DNA of 64,000 nt, taken from contig CAZWXQ010000003.1 of NCBI GenBank assembly GCA_964637955.1, positions 223,154 to 287,153 of the forward strand, read 5' to 3'. Positions 30,660-40,641 of the stretch are shown piece by piece (position 1 is the stretch's first letter; each line of letters begins with the position of its first letter). The translations under genes were made by a program, and so were the position numbers. The DNA comes from an uncultured Gammaproteobacteria bacterium (lineage in GTDB: Bacteria > Patescibacteriota > Microgenomatia > Levybacterales > UBA12049). Below the pieces are notes generated by a model that was not told the origin of the DNA, did no database searches, and worked only from the letters and a program-made list of their open reading frames with translations.

Positions 30660-33600
30660 ATCATTGATATTTTTTCAGCGAGGATGACGGGGCGGTCGTT
30701 TTTTGTATCAAGCTTTCCCTCAATAAGAACACAAGAATCTATCCCTATAAAGCTTTTATATTTCTCAAAAACCTTCGGGAAAACCACGCATTCTATAGTT
30801 GCACCGTTTTCATCAGCTATTGTAATGAATGACATTTCAGCTCCAGTTTTTTTAGTAAATATTTTGCGGTTTGTTTCAACGATTCCTCCAATCTTAACCA
30901 TTTTTCCCTCAACTTCTTCCTCAAGAGAAGTAATACTGTGAGTCGTTTGATCTTTAAGTGATAAGAGATTTTGTAATTGAGGATGGGAAGTGAGATAAAA
31001 ACCTAGGTATTCTTTTTCAAAAGCCAGTTTTTCATCGCTTGAAAAGTCAGCGACGCTGTTTGAGGGACTACTCATAGAGACGGGTGCATCAATTTCTCCA
31101 AACAGACTGTCTTGTCCTGAACTAATTTGTTTTTTTCTTTTACCGATTAGGTCTATGGTGTTTGAATAGTTTGCTAAAATTTCTGCTCGATTTATTCCAA
31201 ATGTATCCATGGCTCCAGCCTTAATAAGACTCTCCATAGTTTTTTTATTAATAGTTCCTAAATCCACTCTTTCGCAGAAGTCTTCGAAAGATTTAAAATC
31301 TCCTTTTTTGCGATTTTCAATGATGTTTTTAATAGCAGCTTCACCTACGTTTTTTATTGCAGAGAGTCCAAATCTTATTAATTTTCCTTCCTCAATAGTA
31401 AAGTCTTTATAAGATTTATTTATGTCTGGAGGTAGAACTGTGAGATTTAGTCTTTTACATTCTGAGATTGCCTGGGAAATTTTTTCGTTTTTCGCAGGTC
31501 CTGTGGTGCCGCGTGACTCAGCAGTGAGAAGCGCAGTCATAAACTCTACGGAATAATTTGCTTTAAGATAAGCTGTTCTGTATGCGATGGTTGCATAGCA
31601 CGCAGCATGGGCTTTATTAAATCCATAACCAGCAAATGGAGCAATGAGTTCAAATATTGATTCAGCTTTTTTTTGAGTAAGTCCTTTTTCAACTGCACCT
31701 TTCAAAAATTGCTCTTTTTGTTTTTTCATTTCAGCAGGAATTTTCTTACCCATAGCTTTTCGGAATTTATCTGCATCAAGCCAAGTGTATCCCGCAATTT
31801 CAATAGTGGTAAGAAGAACGTCATCTTGATACACAAGCATTCCGTATGACTGTTCAAGAGCTTCTTTTAGTCTTTTATCTGGGAGTTTGATTTTACTTGC
31901 ATCTCTTTTCCTTTCAATAAATTCCGGGATGTTTGCCATAGGACCCGGTCTATAAAGAGCCACCATTGCCATAAGATCAAAAATAGAAGTAGGACGAAGA
32001 TCTTTTATGTATCTTCTCATTCCTGCAGACTCAAGTTGAAATATTCCAGTGGTTTCTGCTTCAGAAAGTAGATCGTATGTTTTTTTATCATCAAGTGGAA
32101 CAGTGGAAAGATCGATCTCGATACCCAGATTATCTTTAATGAAATTTAAAGCCTCCTCGATAATGGTTAAGTTTCGAAGACCAAGGAAATCCATTTTGAG
32201 AAGTCCAACTCCGTCTTCCCCTACGTTGTACATATCATATTGGGTGATTATTTTATCTCCATTTGATTCTCTTTGAAGGGGAGTATAGTCAGTGATTGGT
32301 TTGTCAGCTATAACAACTCCTGCAGCATGGACGGAAGCATGTCTTGCTACTCCCTCAATTTTTTTAGAAAGATCTATAAGCCTTCTGGTTTCAGATTCTG
32401 TAGTATACGCCATGCGAAGTTCTGGGCTTTGTTCAAGCGCATTGTCTAAGGTCATTGCGTGACCTTGCCAGCCTGGTGGAATCATTTTGGAGATTCTGTC
32501 TGGGCCTGAATAAGGCATACCGAGAGTTCTTCCGGTGTCTCTGATTGAACCCTTTGCCTCCATGGTTCCAAAGGTGATGATCTGGGCGACTTTATCTAAA
32601 CCATATTTCTGTGTAACATAGGCGATTACTTCGTCTCGTCTCGTGTCTGCGAAATCAAGATCAATATCGGGAGCAGAAGGACGATCTGGATTTAAAAAAC
32701 GCTCAAAAGGAAGCTTAAAGAAAAATGGATCTACGTCAGTAATACTTAGTGCGTAAGAAACCAATGAACCTGCTGCGGATCCACGACCAGGACCAACGCT
32801 TATTCCTTGGGACTTGGCCCAGTTCACGAAATCAGCTACGATTAAAAAATAAGTTTCATATTTTTTCTTAAGAATAATTGAAAGTTCATATTCTGCTCTT
32901 TCCTTTTTTTCACTTGTAATTTCTCCATATCTACTTTTAATTCCTTCCATAACGAGTTTTGTAAGATAATCTCCACTTGATGTTCCATCTGGTACCTCAA
33001 AAACAGGCATGATCCATTTGCCAAGTGATATCTCAAGGTTGCACATTTCGGCAATTTTTACAGTGTTATTTATAGCTTCTGGAGTTTGGATAAAAAGACC
33101 AGTCATTTCTTCGGGAGATTTCATGTAAAAATCAGGCGAGTCAATCATGGAAAGTCTTCTTCCGGGAGTGGTTAGTGTTGTTTGAGTTTGAATACACAGT
33201 AGTACTTCTTGCGCTTCTGCATCCCCATTTTTAACATAGTGATTGTCGTTGGTTGCTACCAGAGGGATTCCAAGTTTTTCTGAAAGCTTTATGAGTTTTG
33301 TATTCAATTCATCTTGTTTTTTAACATTAAGATGCTTTTGCATTTCAAGATAAAAATGATCTTTTCCAAATATCTCAGATAGCTGTTGCGCTCTTTTTTC
33401 AGCTACTTCTTCGAGGTTTTCCAATAGTGGCTCTGAAACCCAGCCATTTACACATGCAGAAAGACAAATTAGTCCTTCATGATGTTCTTTTAGGAGTTCG
33501 ATGTCGCTTCTCGGCTTGTAATAATAGCCTTCAAGGTTTGATTTAGATATGATCCTCATAAGATTTTTATATCCAGTATCATCTTTAGCTAAAAGAATAA

Positions 33601-33883
33601 GATGGTTTGAGTCTGAATCAATTCCAGCTTCCTTGTCATGGCGGGATCTGCGAGCCATATAAATTTCGCATCCGATAATTGGTTTTATTCCAGCTTCTTT
33701 ACACGCTTTATAAAACTTAATTGCACCATATAGATTTCCATGGTCGGTGATAGCTAGGGAAGTCATGCCAAGAGATTTGGCCTGCGCCACCATATAGTCT
33801 ATCTTGCTAAGACCATCAAGAAGTGAATACTCAGAATGATTGTGAAGATGTACAAAATCAGCCATTAGATTCGCTTTCTCCAA
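30656..33883 (-). CDS. dnaE: DNA polymerase III alpha subunit
   Basis: The N-terminal PHP domain HLHNHSEYSLLDG is present. The length is 1075 aa, with conserved palm and fingers regions. Confidence 0.95.
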   Translation of the reverse strand: MEKANLMADFVHLHNHSEYSLLDGLSKIDYMVAQAKSLGMTSLAITDHGNLYGAIKFYKACKEAGIKPIIGCEIYMARRSRHDKEAGIDSDSNHLILLAKDDTGYKNLMRIISKSNLEGYYYKPRSDIELLKEHHEGLICLSACVNGWVSEPLLENLEEVAEKRAQQLSEIFGKDHFYLEMQKHLNVKKQDELNTKLIKLSEKLGIPLVATNDNHYVKNGDAEAQEVLLCIQTQTTLTTPGRRLSMIDSPDFYMKSPEEMTGLFIQTPEAINNTVKIAEMCNLEISLGKWIMPVFEVPDGTSSGDYLTKLVMEGIKSRYGEITSEKKERAEYELSIILKKKYETYFLIVADFVNWAKSQGISVGPGRGSAAGSLVSYALSITDVDPFFFKLPFERFLNPDRPSAPDIDLDFADTRRDEVIAYVTQKYGLDKVAQIITFGTMEAKGSIRDTGRTLGMPYSGPDRISKMIPPGWQGHAMTLDNALEQSPELRMAYTTESETRRLIDLSKKIEGVARHASVHAAGVVIADKPITDYTPLQRESNGDKIITQYDMYNVGEDGVGLLKMDFLGLRNLTIIEEALNFIKDNLGIEIDLSTVPLDDKKTYDLLSEAETTGIFQLESAGMRRYIKDLRPTSIFDLMAMVALYRPGPMANIPEFIERKRDASKIKLPDKRLKEALEQSYGMLVYQDDVLLTTIEIAGYTWLDADKFRKAMGKKIPAEMKKQKEQFLKGAVEKGLTQKKAESIFELIAPFAGYGFNKAHAACYATIAYRTAYLKANYSVEFMTALLTAESRGTTGPAKNEKISQAISECKRLNLTVLPPDINKSYKDFTIEEGKLIRFGLSAIKNVGEAAIKNIIENRKKGDFKSFEDFCERVDLGTINKKTMESLIKAGAMDTFGINRAEILANYSNTIDLIGKRKKQISSGQDSLFGEIDAPVSMSSPSNSVADFSSDEKLAFEKEYLGFYLTSHPQLQNLLSLKDQTTHSITSLEEEVEGKMVKIGGIVETNRKIFTKKTGAEMSFITIADENGATIECVVFPKVFEKYKSFIGIDSCVLIEGKLDTKNDRPVILAEKISMI

Positions 33884-34748
33884 TTGGCTTCGCTAATGCT
33901 GATGCAGCAGCTAATTGTGCTTGTTCTATGTTGTGACGAATTGTTTCTGCTTGAGCTGAATCTACAACTTGGTTTCTTCCCCCATTTTTACCTAGGTATA
34001 ATCTTTCATCGGCTACATGCAAAGAGTCTTCAAGTAATCTTTCGGGAGATCTTCTTTCATTGTCTTCATTGTTCATATTAATTTGTGTAATTCCTGCGGT
34101 CATAGTTACTTCTCTGTCTAGGCCACTTTTATCTCTAACGCTTTGAGGTAGGGATGCGCGTAATTCGTTCATTCTTACAGCTGCATCAGATTCGTTCATA
34201 CCTCGAAAGAGAACCAGTATTTCTTCTCCTCCCCATTTTGCAACTAAGTCGCTTGCTCTAACTCCATTCTGAAGAGTTCTTGCTACTGCAAGAAGAACTT
34301 TGTCGCCTGCTGCGTGTCCTTCTTCATCATTGACCAACTTAAATTTATCTACATCACACATAGCAACAGTTAAATCTTCTCCATTTGCGAGTGCAAGTCT
34401 AATTATTTGTTCAGCCATTTCTTGGCCTGCAAGTCTTGTAGGAAGCTCCATTACGGCATCAATCATTGCACCTTTTCTTTGCTCTTCTGCAAGTAAAGCT
34501 AATGCTTCAGCTGACTCTTCTTCTTCAATTTCACCAGCCCTATTTGCTCTAAGAATAGTTCTTATATTTGGCTTTCTTCTTTCGATTTGATCTTCAAAAG
34601 CTTGATCATCCTCACCGTTTTTGTATGCGACTCTTACTTGATCAGCTAGTGCAAGTACTTGACTGGTGGTTAATTCAATTGGGGGGATTGGTTCGATCGG
34701 ACTAAGAGCATCTGCTTGTTCTTCTGTTATTTCTCCTACTTCTGGCAT
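33858..34748 (-). CDS. GGDEF-domain diguanylate cyclase-like protein (A-site variant GGEEI, intact RxxD I-site)
   Basis: Conserved GGDEF-family blocks are VAMCDVDKFKLVNDEEGHAAGDKVL, VRASDLVAKWGGEEILVLF and ADERLYLGKNGGRNQV. The N-terminus is acidic with no sensor domain. Confidence 0.8.
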   Translation of the reverse strand: MPEVGEITEEQADALSPIEPIPPIELTTSQVLALADQVRVAYKNGEDDQAFEDQIERRKPNIRTILRANRAGEIEEEESAEALALLAEEQRKGAMIDAVMELPTRLAGQEMAEQIIRLALANGEDLTVAMCDVDKFKLVNDEEGHAAGDKVLLAVARTLQNGVRASDLVAKWGGEEILVLFRGMNESDAAVRMNELRASLPQSVRDKSGLDREVTMTAGITQINMNNEDNERRSPERLLEDSLHVADERLYLGKNGGRNQVVDSAQAETIRHNIEQAQLAAASALAKPIGESESNG

Positions 34749-34750
34749 AT

Positions 34751-36070
34751 TTATTTTAATTTCGAGAGCAAGCTCTCCTTAACTTTTCCTGAGTCGATTT
34801 TCTCAGGAAATTGGCGCATAACTTGGCCAACTAAGAACATAATAACAGTTTCTTTTCCGTTTTTGAAGTCAGTAACAGCCTTTTCATTTTCATTTATAAC
34901 TTTTTCAACAATTTCATTAAGTTTACTTTCATCTACATCTGCGACTTTTGTAGACTGAACTATTGTTTGTATTAATTGTGCAGGTAAAACATCTTCAATA
35001 TTTGTTTTTTTGTTAATTATTTGATTTGCAATTTGCTTAGGTTTTATTCCAAATTCTTTTCCGTCATTTACAGCTCTTTCGAAATAATCAGCCATAGATT
35101 TGTCTCGTGTCAAAATTTCAGCATCATATATTGGTAATTCATATTCATCTTGAAATCTTTTTGACTTAGTATCGGGTAGTTCCGGGATTCGAGACTTAAG
35201 GTCTGAAATTTGATCATCCGTAAATCTAAGCGGTGGGATGTCGGGTTCTGGAAAATATCTGTACTGCTCGGCATCTTCTTTAGATCTTTGTGAAACGGTT
35301 GAAGAGTTTGATTCAACATATCCTCGAGTTTCTTGAGCTGGCCTTTCGCTTCGATCAAGAATTTCTGCTTGTCTCTTGATTTCATATTCAATTGCTTTTA
35401 CTACGAAATTAAATGAATTTATATTTTTTACTTCTACTTTATAGTTTGGTAGTTCGGTTTGACCTTCATGACGAAGTGAAATATTTGGCTCAAGTCTCAT
35501 GTTTCCTTTTTCCATGTCAGCATCAGAAACATCAAGATAGCGAACGATTTGCTGAAGTCTTTGAAGATATTCTTTTACATCTTCTGGATTATCAAAATCA
35601 GGCTCAGTTACTATCTCTACGAGTGGAACTCCGGACCTATTAAAATCAATTAAAGATACTTTTTCGCCGTTTATAACTTCGTGGCTTAGCTTTCCAGTAT
35701 CTTCTTCCATATGGACGCGGGTTATGCCAATCTTCTTGCCGCTTGAAAGAGTCATATAGCCGTTTTTTGCAAAAGGGAGGTCATATTGACTGATCTGGTA
35801 TCCTTTTGCTAGGTCTGGATAAAAATAGTTTTTACGATCGAATTTGGAGAACAGATTTATCTCGCAGTTTAGTGCAAGTCCTATCATGATGCACCACTCG
35901 ATAGCTTTTTTATTTGGAACGGGAAGTGCACCTGGAAGTCCAAGACAAACTGGACAAGTGTGAGTATTTGGTTCTTGTCCAAAATAATCTGCAGAACAAG
36001 CACAAAACATCTTAGATTTTGTTTTAAGTTCTACGTGTACTTCAAGGCCTGTTACCAATGTGTACTTCAT
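34751..36070 (-). CDS. gatB: Asp/Glu-tRNA(Asn/Gln) amidotransferase subunit B
   Basis: The N-terminus is MKYTLVTGLEVHVELKTKSKMFCAC. Length is 439 aa. Confidence 0.9.
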   Translation of the reverse strand: MKYTLVTGLEVHVELKTKSKMFCACSADYFGQEPNTHTCPVCLGLPGALPVPNKKAIEWCIMIGLALNCEINLFSKFDRKNYFYPDLAKGYQISQYDLPFAKNGYMTLSSGKKIGITRVHMEEDTGKLSHEVINGEKVSLIDFNRSGVPLVEIVTEPDFDNPEDVKEYLQRLQQIVRYLDVSDADMEKGNMRLEPNISLRHEGQTELPNYKVEVKNINSFNFVVKAIEYEIKRQAEILDRSERPAQETRGYVESNSSTVSQRSKEDAEQYRYFPEPDIPPLRFTDDQISDLKSRIPELPDTKSKRFQDEYELPIYDAEILTRDKSMADYFERAVNDGKEFGIKPKQIANQIINKKTNIEDVLPAQLIQTIVQSTKVADVDESKLNEIVEKVINENEKAVTDFKNGKETVIMFLVGQVMRQFPEKIDSGKVKESLLSKLK

Positions 36071-36071
36071 A

Positions 36072-36521
36072 TTATTCTTTTATTCTGTCTACTAGACCTC
36101 CTGTAAATCTTGCTTCGTAAATAAGCTTTCCGTTTCTTGTGATAGTTTCATGAATATTAAATTCCTCATCGTTTCCAGTCGCAATATTTTTATAAGAAAA
36201 TTCTCCTTGCGTGTGTGACTGTGGGCCTCTTAAAGATTTTGGTGCGAGATTTAAAACCTTTTTCAAGTATCCATAAACTTCAGCAAGATCGTGACCAGGC
36301 ATTACTGCGCCATAATAAACCATTATCCAGCAAGGCTTATCATCATAAGACACAATTTGTCTTCCGCCATAAGGTTCACCACCGAAGAAATTATCGTGAC
36401 TTCTGAACTTGTCTTTTTCATAAACAAAGGTCGTTGAGCCGTCATCTTCTTTTATTCCATCTGCGCCACTTGCATAGCCGTTTAGGTTCGCTTCAGCAAT
36501 AAAATCTGCAAGTCCTTTCAT
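36072..36521 (-). CDS. Hypothetical protein embedded between gatA and gatB
   Basis: It is a 149 aa ORF. It is tightly packed, 2 nt from gatB and 4 nt overlapping gatA. Confidence 0.5.
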   Translation of the reverse strand: MKGLADFIAEANLNGYASGADGIKEDDGSTTFVYEKDKFRSHDNFFGGEPYGGRQIVSYDDKPCWIMVYYGAVMPGHDLAEVYGYLKKVLNLAPKSLRGPQSHTQGEFSYKNIATGNDEEFNIHETITRNGKLIYEARFTGGLVDRIKE

Positions 36522-37939
36522 AGTTCAACCTCCTTTTTTCTCCAAACTTCATCTTGAGTTGTGCTCTCATAAATATTGGCAATTTGTATGATTTTTGATT
36601 CTCCCCACTGAGGTCCAATGATCTGCATTCCAATTGGTAAGTTTGAACTAGAAAATCCGACTGGAATATTTATGCCAGTGAGTCCTGCGATAGAGCTTGG
36701 TTCTACTAATATATCTGCAAGCTCACCAAACATTGATTGGCCTTCGCTTGCTCCAACAGGGAGTGCAAGGGTTGGGGAAGTGGGAGCAAGAATTGCATCT
36801 ACTTTTTCAAAAGCTTTTTTAAAGTCATTAATGATCACGGTTCTAACTTTGGAAGCCTTGTTGTAATATTGATCATAGTAACCAGAGGAAAGTGCATGAG
36901 TTCCAAACATAATTCTTCTCTTTGCTTCCTGACCAAAAGCATCTCTAGTATTTCCGTATCTAATGCCGTCATATCTTGCTAAATTTGAGCTTACTTCTGA
37001 GCGTTGAATGATGGTATAAACATCAATTGCATATTTTGGATCAAAAAGTTTAATGGTTTCAATTTTAAATCCTAATTTTTCAAGTTTTTTAACAGCTTCT
37101 TTAATTGATGCTGATAGTTCCTTGTCTACGCCGTTAAAATACTCTTCTGAAATTCCAAGGATTAAATCTTTATTTGAATTATTTATTGTTTTCAAATAAT
37201 CTTCAGGCTCGAGTGGAGAAGTCGTAGCATCCATATTGTCTTGCCCTGCGAGTATATTTAAGATTAGCGCTGAGTCTTCAACAGTTTTAGTAATAGGTCC
37301 AGGAGAGTCTAAACTCGATCCCATCGCTACTACACCATATCTACTAACTCTGCCATATGTAGGTTTGAGTCCTACGACCCCACACCACGATGCAGGTTGT
37401 CTTATAGATCCAGCTGTTTCGCTTCCAATTGCTGCAATCACTTGATTGGCTGCTACAGTTGCAGCGCTTCCTCCAGAAGAGCCTCCGGGAAGATAATCTG
37501 TGTTCCAAGGATTTAAAGTCGGACCAAAGTCAGATGTTTCCGTGCTGCTTCCATGTGCCCAAGCGTCCATGTTGGTTTTTCCAATCATAACCATTCCAGC
37601 ACTTTTAAGTTTACTAACCACTGTCGAATCAAAAGGAGGAATGTAACCATCTAAAACTTTTGCAGAAGCAGTCGTTCTTACGCCAATTGTTGAAAAATTA
37701 TCTTTTACTGCGATTGGAATTCCAAGAAGAGGAAGATCTTCACCTTTAGCTATTTGTTCATCGGCTTTTTTCGCGCTTTCAAGTGCAGAATCTTCGGTAA
37801 GAGTTACGAATACGTTAAGTTTGTCGTCAGTTGCATTTATCCTATCAAAACAAGCTTTGGTAAGCTCCACTGACGAAAACTCTTTTTTCTTTAGTCCTTC
37901 TTTTGCTTGAGCAATATTCAATTTATTAAGCATTTGCAA
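36518..37939 (-). CDS. gatA: Glu-tRNA(Gln) amidotransferase subunit A (amidase family)
   Basis: The amidase signature GGSSGGSAA and Ser-cisSer-Lys context are present. Length is 473 aa. Confidence 0.9.
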   Translation of the reverse strand: MQMLNKLNIAQAKEGLKKKEFSSVELTKACFDRINATDDKLNVFVTLTEDSALESAKKADEQIAKGEDLPLLGIPIAVKDNFSTIGVRTTASAKVLDGYIPPFDSTVVSKLKSAGMVMIGKTNMDAWAHGSSTETSDFGPTLNPWNTDYLPGGSSGGSAATVAANQVIAAIGSETAGSIRQPASWCGVVGLKPTYGRVSRYGVVAMGSSLDSPGPITKTVEDSALILNILAGQDNMDATTSPLEPEDYLKTINNSNKDLILGISEEYFNGVDKELSASIKEAVKKLEKLGFKIETIKLFDPKYAIDVYTIIQRSEVSSNLARYDGIRYGNTRDAFGQEAKRRIMFGTHALSSGYYDQYYNKASKVRTVIINDFKKAFEKVDAILAPTSPTLALPVGASEGQSMFGELADILVEPSSIAGLTGINIPVGFSSSNLPIGMQIIGPQWGESKIIQIANIYESTTQDEVWRKKEVEL

Positions 37940-38549
37940 AATTTATCCCCTCATATTCTTTTATAAAAAAATCTACTCCATCTGTTTTAATTTTAACGTA
38001 AGCAGAGTTAGTTACTGCACCGTGAATAAGTTGTTTGTAAGTTCCAATCCCAAGTTTTACAAGCACAGCTCTTAGAAATCCTCCATGCGAAACTACTAGT
38101 AAAGTTTTACCAGGATCTACGATAGCCATTTCTCTTATGAATGTCATAAATCTCATATAAATTTCTTCATCACTTTCCGTGTCGCCTTTATATTTGAATT
38201 TATAATGTTCTTCCTCCGATAAATCTTTTATTAGTTCATCCCATTCTCTAAAATTAATAGAGGGAGTTCCTTCAATTTCTCCATAAGTTCTTTCTCTCAG
38301 AAGTTGTGTTGCCTTAATTGTTAATTTATGTTCCTCGTTAATAATCTCAGCTGTTTTCATTGCTCTTCCTAAATCAGATGAAAAGATGTAGTCAAACTTA
38401 ATGTCTTTAAATTTTTTTGTCAAAGCTTTTGCTTGTTCTTCTCCTTTCTCGGTTAAGGGGGAATCGGAATGACCTTGAATAATGTGCTCTATATTCCAGA
38501 CAGTTTCGCCGTGTCTAATGATATAAATTGTTGTTAATTTGTTTTGCAT
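37926..38549 (-). CDS. Histidine phosphatase family protein (phosphoglycerate mutase-like)
   Basis: The RHGETVWN catalytic motif is present. Length is 207 aa. Confidence 0.75.
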   Translation of the reverse strand: MQNKLTTIYIIRHGETVWNIEHIIQGHSDSPLTEKGEEQAKALTKKFKDIKFDYIFSSDLGRAMKTAEIINEEHKLTIKATQLLRERTYGEIEGTPSINFREWDELIKDLSEEEHYKFKYKGDTESDEEIYMRFMTFIREMAIVDPGKTLLVVSHGGFLRAVLVKLGIGTYKQLIHGAVTNSAYVKIKTDGVDFFIKEYEGINFANA

Positions 38550-39172
38550 TAATCTATTAACTCTACTCCTTTCATGTCTTTTATATAAAAATCTATGCCA
38601 TCTGATTCAAGCTTAATATAAGCAGTATTATGGACTTTTTTTATTTTTTTGTGCGTAGAATATCCTAAGTGAATGAGTAGATTGTGCATAAGTCCACCGT
38701 GTGTTGTGATAAGAACTGTTTTCCCCATGTAGCCTATTGCTACTTCTCTCAGAAAGGTTATGAGCCTTGCAGAAACATCTTCCCAGCTTTCTACATTTTT
38801 ATACTTTTCATAATTTTCATCCTTTTTTCTTTCTTCCTCGGAAAGGGCACGCCACTGATCAAATTTAGTAAAGAAGTTTCGAGTAATTGTTCCCTCAAAT
38901 TCACCATAATTTAATTCACGTAAGATCTTGGTAGTCTCAATTGCTAATTCTTTTTCCAGTACAATAATTTCCGCAGTTCTTTTAGCTCTTAATAAGTCTG
39001 AGGAGAAAACTTTATCAAATTTTACATCTTTTAATTCTTTCTTTAATTCATGTGCCTGTTTTTCACCTTCTTCATTGAGAAGAGTATCAGTATGTCCTTG
39101 AATAATATGCTGAGCGTTCCAATCTGTTTCGCCATGTCTAACTACATATAGAGTTGTTAAATTATTATTCAT
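38549..39172 (-). CDS. Histidine phosphatase family protein (tandem paralogue)
   Basis: RHGETDWN is present. The start is probably the internal Met (MNNNLTTLYVV) at 39172 rather than 39202. Confidence 0.7.
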   Translation of the reverse strand: MNNNLTTLYVVRHGETDWNAQHIIQGHTDTLLNEEGEKQAHELKKELKDVKFDKVFSSDLLRAKRTAEIIVLEKELAIETTKILRELNYGEFEGTITRNFFTKFDQWRALSEEERKKDENYEKYKNVESWEDVSARLITFLREVAIGYMGKTVLITTHGGLMHNLLIHLGYSTHKKIKKVHNTAYIKLESDGIDFYIKDMKGVELID

Positions 39173-39173
39173 A

Positions 39174-39635
39174 TTATTCGCTAAAAAGTGAAAATAAAAC
39201 ATTATTTTTATAATTCGCGATTATAGATTTTATGTATCTTGATGTGTTTTCGGGAATATTGTTTAAATCTGTCCAAATCATGTCGTCACTTTTATTTTCG
39301 TTTGTAAGTTTTGGTTCACCTGTCCAATTTCTGGCTAGGAAAACTAAGTCTATATAATCTGCGTTTGTTTCTTTAGAAATTTCAGGAATAAATTTTCTAT
39401 GAACTACTTGAATTAATTCTAAATCTTTTTCAAAGACATTTAAATCTGATTCTTCTTTTGCTTCTCTGATTGCTGCTTCGATTGCCGATTCATTTTCCTC
39501 AAGGTGTCCTGCAGGTAGTCCATATTTCCCGTCTTGCCAGCCTGTATTTGCTCTTCGATACATTAATAATTTTCCTTCTTTAATAAAGAGTACGTAGACA
39601 GCACATCTGAGCATGAATCTTTTTTCCTCAGTCAT
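39174..39635 (-). CDS. NUDIX hydrolase
   Basis: The Nudix box is GHLEENESAIEAAIREAKEESDL. Confidence 0.8.
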   Translation of the reverse strand: MTEEKRFMLRCAVYVLFIKEGKLLMYRRANTGWQDGKYGLPAGHLEENESAIEAAIREAKEESDLNVFEKDLELIQVVHRKFIPEISKETNADYIDLVFLARNWTGEPKLTNENKSDDMIWTDLNNIPENTSRYIKSIIANYKNNVLFSLFSE

Positions 39636-39912
39636 TATTTAGAATTCCTTTCACTTTGAAAAAGCCATTATGGGTTGATTTAGCGTTAGATAACGCTTGA
39701 TCCTGAGTGAGTGAAGGTTTTACTTCATCTTCTCTAGTTATATTTTCAAGTCCCGTTACCTGAGAAGTTGGATCTAGGTCATTTGTATCTACTTCATCAA
39801 GACTTCTTATGTACTCTGTTGTTTCTTCGAGTTGTTTAGAAAATTTATCTTCTTCATTAGAGTTGAGAGTTAAATTTGCAAGTTTTGCAACGCTTTTAAT
39901 ATCAAACTTCAT
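39628..39912 (-). CDS. gatC: Asp/Glu-tRNA amidotransferase subunit C
   Basis: MKFDIKSVAKLANLTLNSNEEDKF...EVDT matches GatC. The start is assigned to an internal Met; the ORF-track start at 39990 adds an unlikely hydrophobic extension. Confidence 0.7.
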   Translation of the reverse strand: MKFDIKSVAKLANLTLNSNEEDKFSKQLEETTEYIRSLDEVDTNDLDPTSQVTGLENITREDEVKPSLTQDQALSNAKSTHNGFFKVKGILNND

Positions 39913-39974
39913 GCATGAATTATATAAAAGAACAGAATGTATAGCAATAAAGCTTGGAGTATTTATGCTCCAAT

Positions 39975-40003
39975 TTGTAATTACCTCCACATAGGAATAT
40001 AAT
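39975..40003 (+). promoter_or_regulatory. Sigma70-like promoter TTGTAA-N17-TATAAT, 9 nt upstream of the GTG start at 40013 (leaderless)
   Basis: Read directly from the sequence. Confidence 0.4.
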
Positions 40004-40012
40004 TACTCACTT

Positions 40013-40639
40013 GTGAGTCAAGAAAGAATAACTCCATCAGAAATAATATTGCCTCAATGGCTAATTGTCGAAATTGGTTGTGGAAACTTTCCATTTCCTG
40101 TTTCAGGAGAAAGAAGATTAAAGGCAAATGAGAGATATTTAGGCGTTGAACTAAGGCATTATGATACTTGGGGTGATCATGATCCTGTTACAACGGCAAT
40201 TGAAAAGTTAAATAAATCTGATCCACCTCAAGAGGGAATATTTGAAGTTATCGAATGGGATGGTAGGATGATGGAGCTTTCTGATAGGTCTGCTGATGAA
40301 GTGCATATGCAAAATGTAATCGGGGATGAAAACTTCATTAATACAAGAGCGGCATTGTTAAAAGAAGGCGCAAGAATTTTAAAAAAATCTGGAGTTTTGA
40401 GAATTGTTGAAGATGAAGTTTCATCTAGAGCGCATCCAAGCTGGTTAAGAGAAATGATGGAACCCCTCGGAATGGTGCAGATCAATGAGGGTCGAGAGCA
40501 AGATTTGGATCTATTAAGAAATTATTGCAGTCTTAAAGTTGACCAGAGTCCTTTGGCTTTTGTTGCAGAATTTGGATTTGTAGATAACGTTGATGAATTA
40601 CCAAGTAATGTTATTTTATTTAAGCCCAGAAAAGCATAA
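40013..40639 (+). CDS. Hypothetical protein with a methyltransferase-like Rossmann motif
   Basis: It has a GTG start and is 208 aa. LIVEIGCGNF resembles SAM-MTase motif I. It is GC-richer than the flanks. Confidence 0.4.
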   Translation: MSQERITPSEIILPQWLIVEIGCGNFPFPVSGERRLKANERYLGVELRHYDTWGDHDPVTTAIEKLNKSDPPQEGIFEVIEWDGRMMELSDRSADEVHMQNVIGDENFINTRAALLKEGARILKKSGVLRIVEDEVSSRAHPSWLREMMEPLGMVQINEGREQDLDLLRNYCSLKVDQSPLAFVAEFGFVDNVDELPSNVILFKPRKA

Positions 40640-40641
40640 TT

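Noticed and set aside
30684-32276. Plus-strand ORFs inside dnaE (30684-30941, 31209-31412, 32049-32276)
   Set aside because: They are antisense to a 1075 aa conserved polymerase gene.
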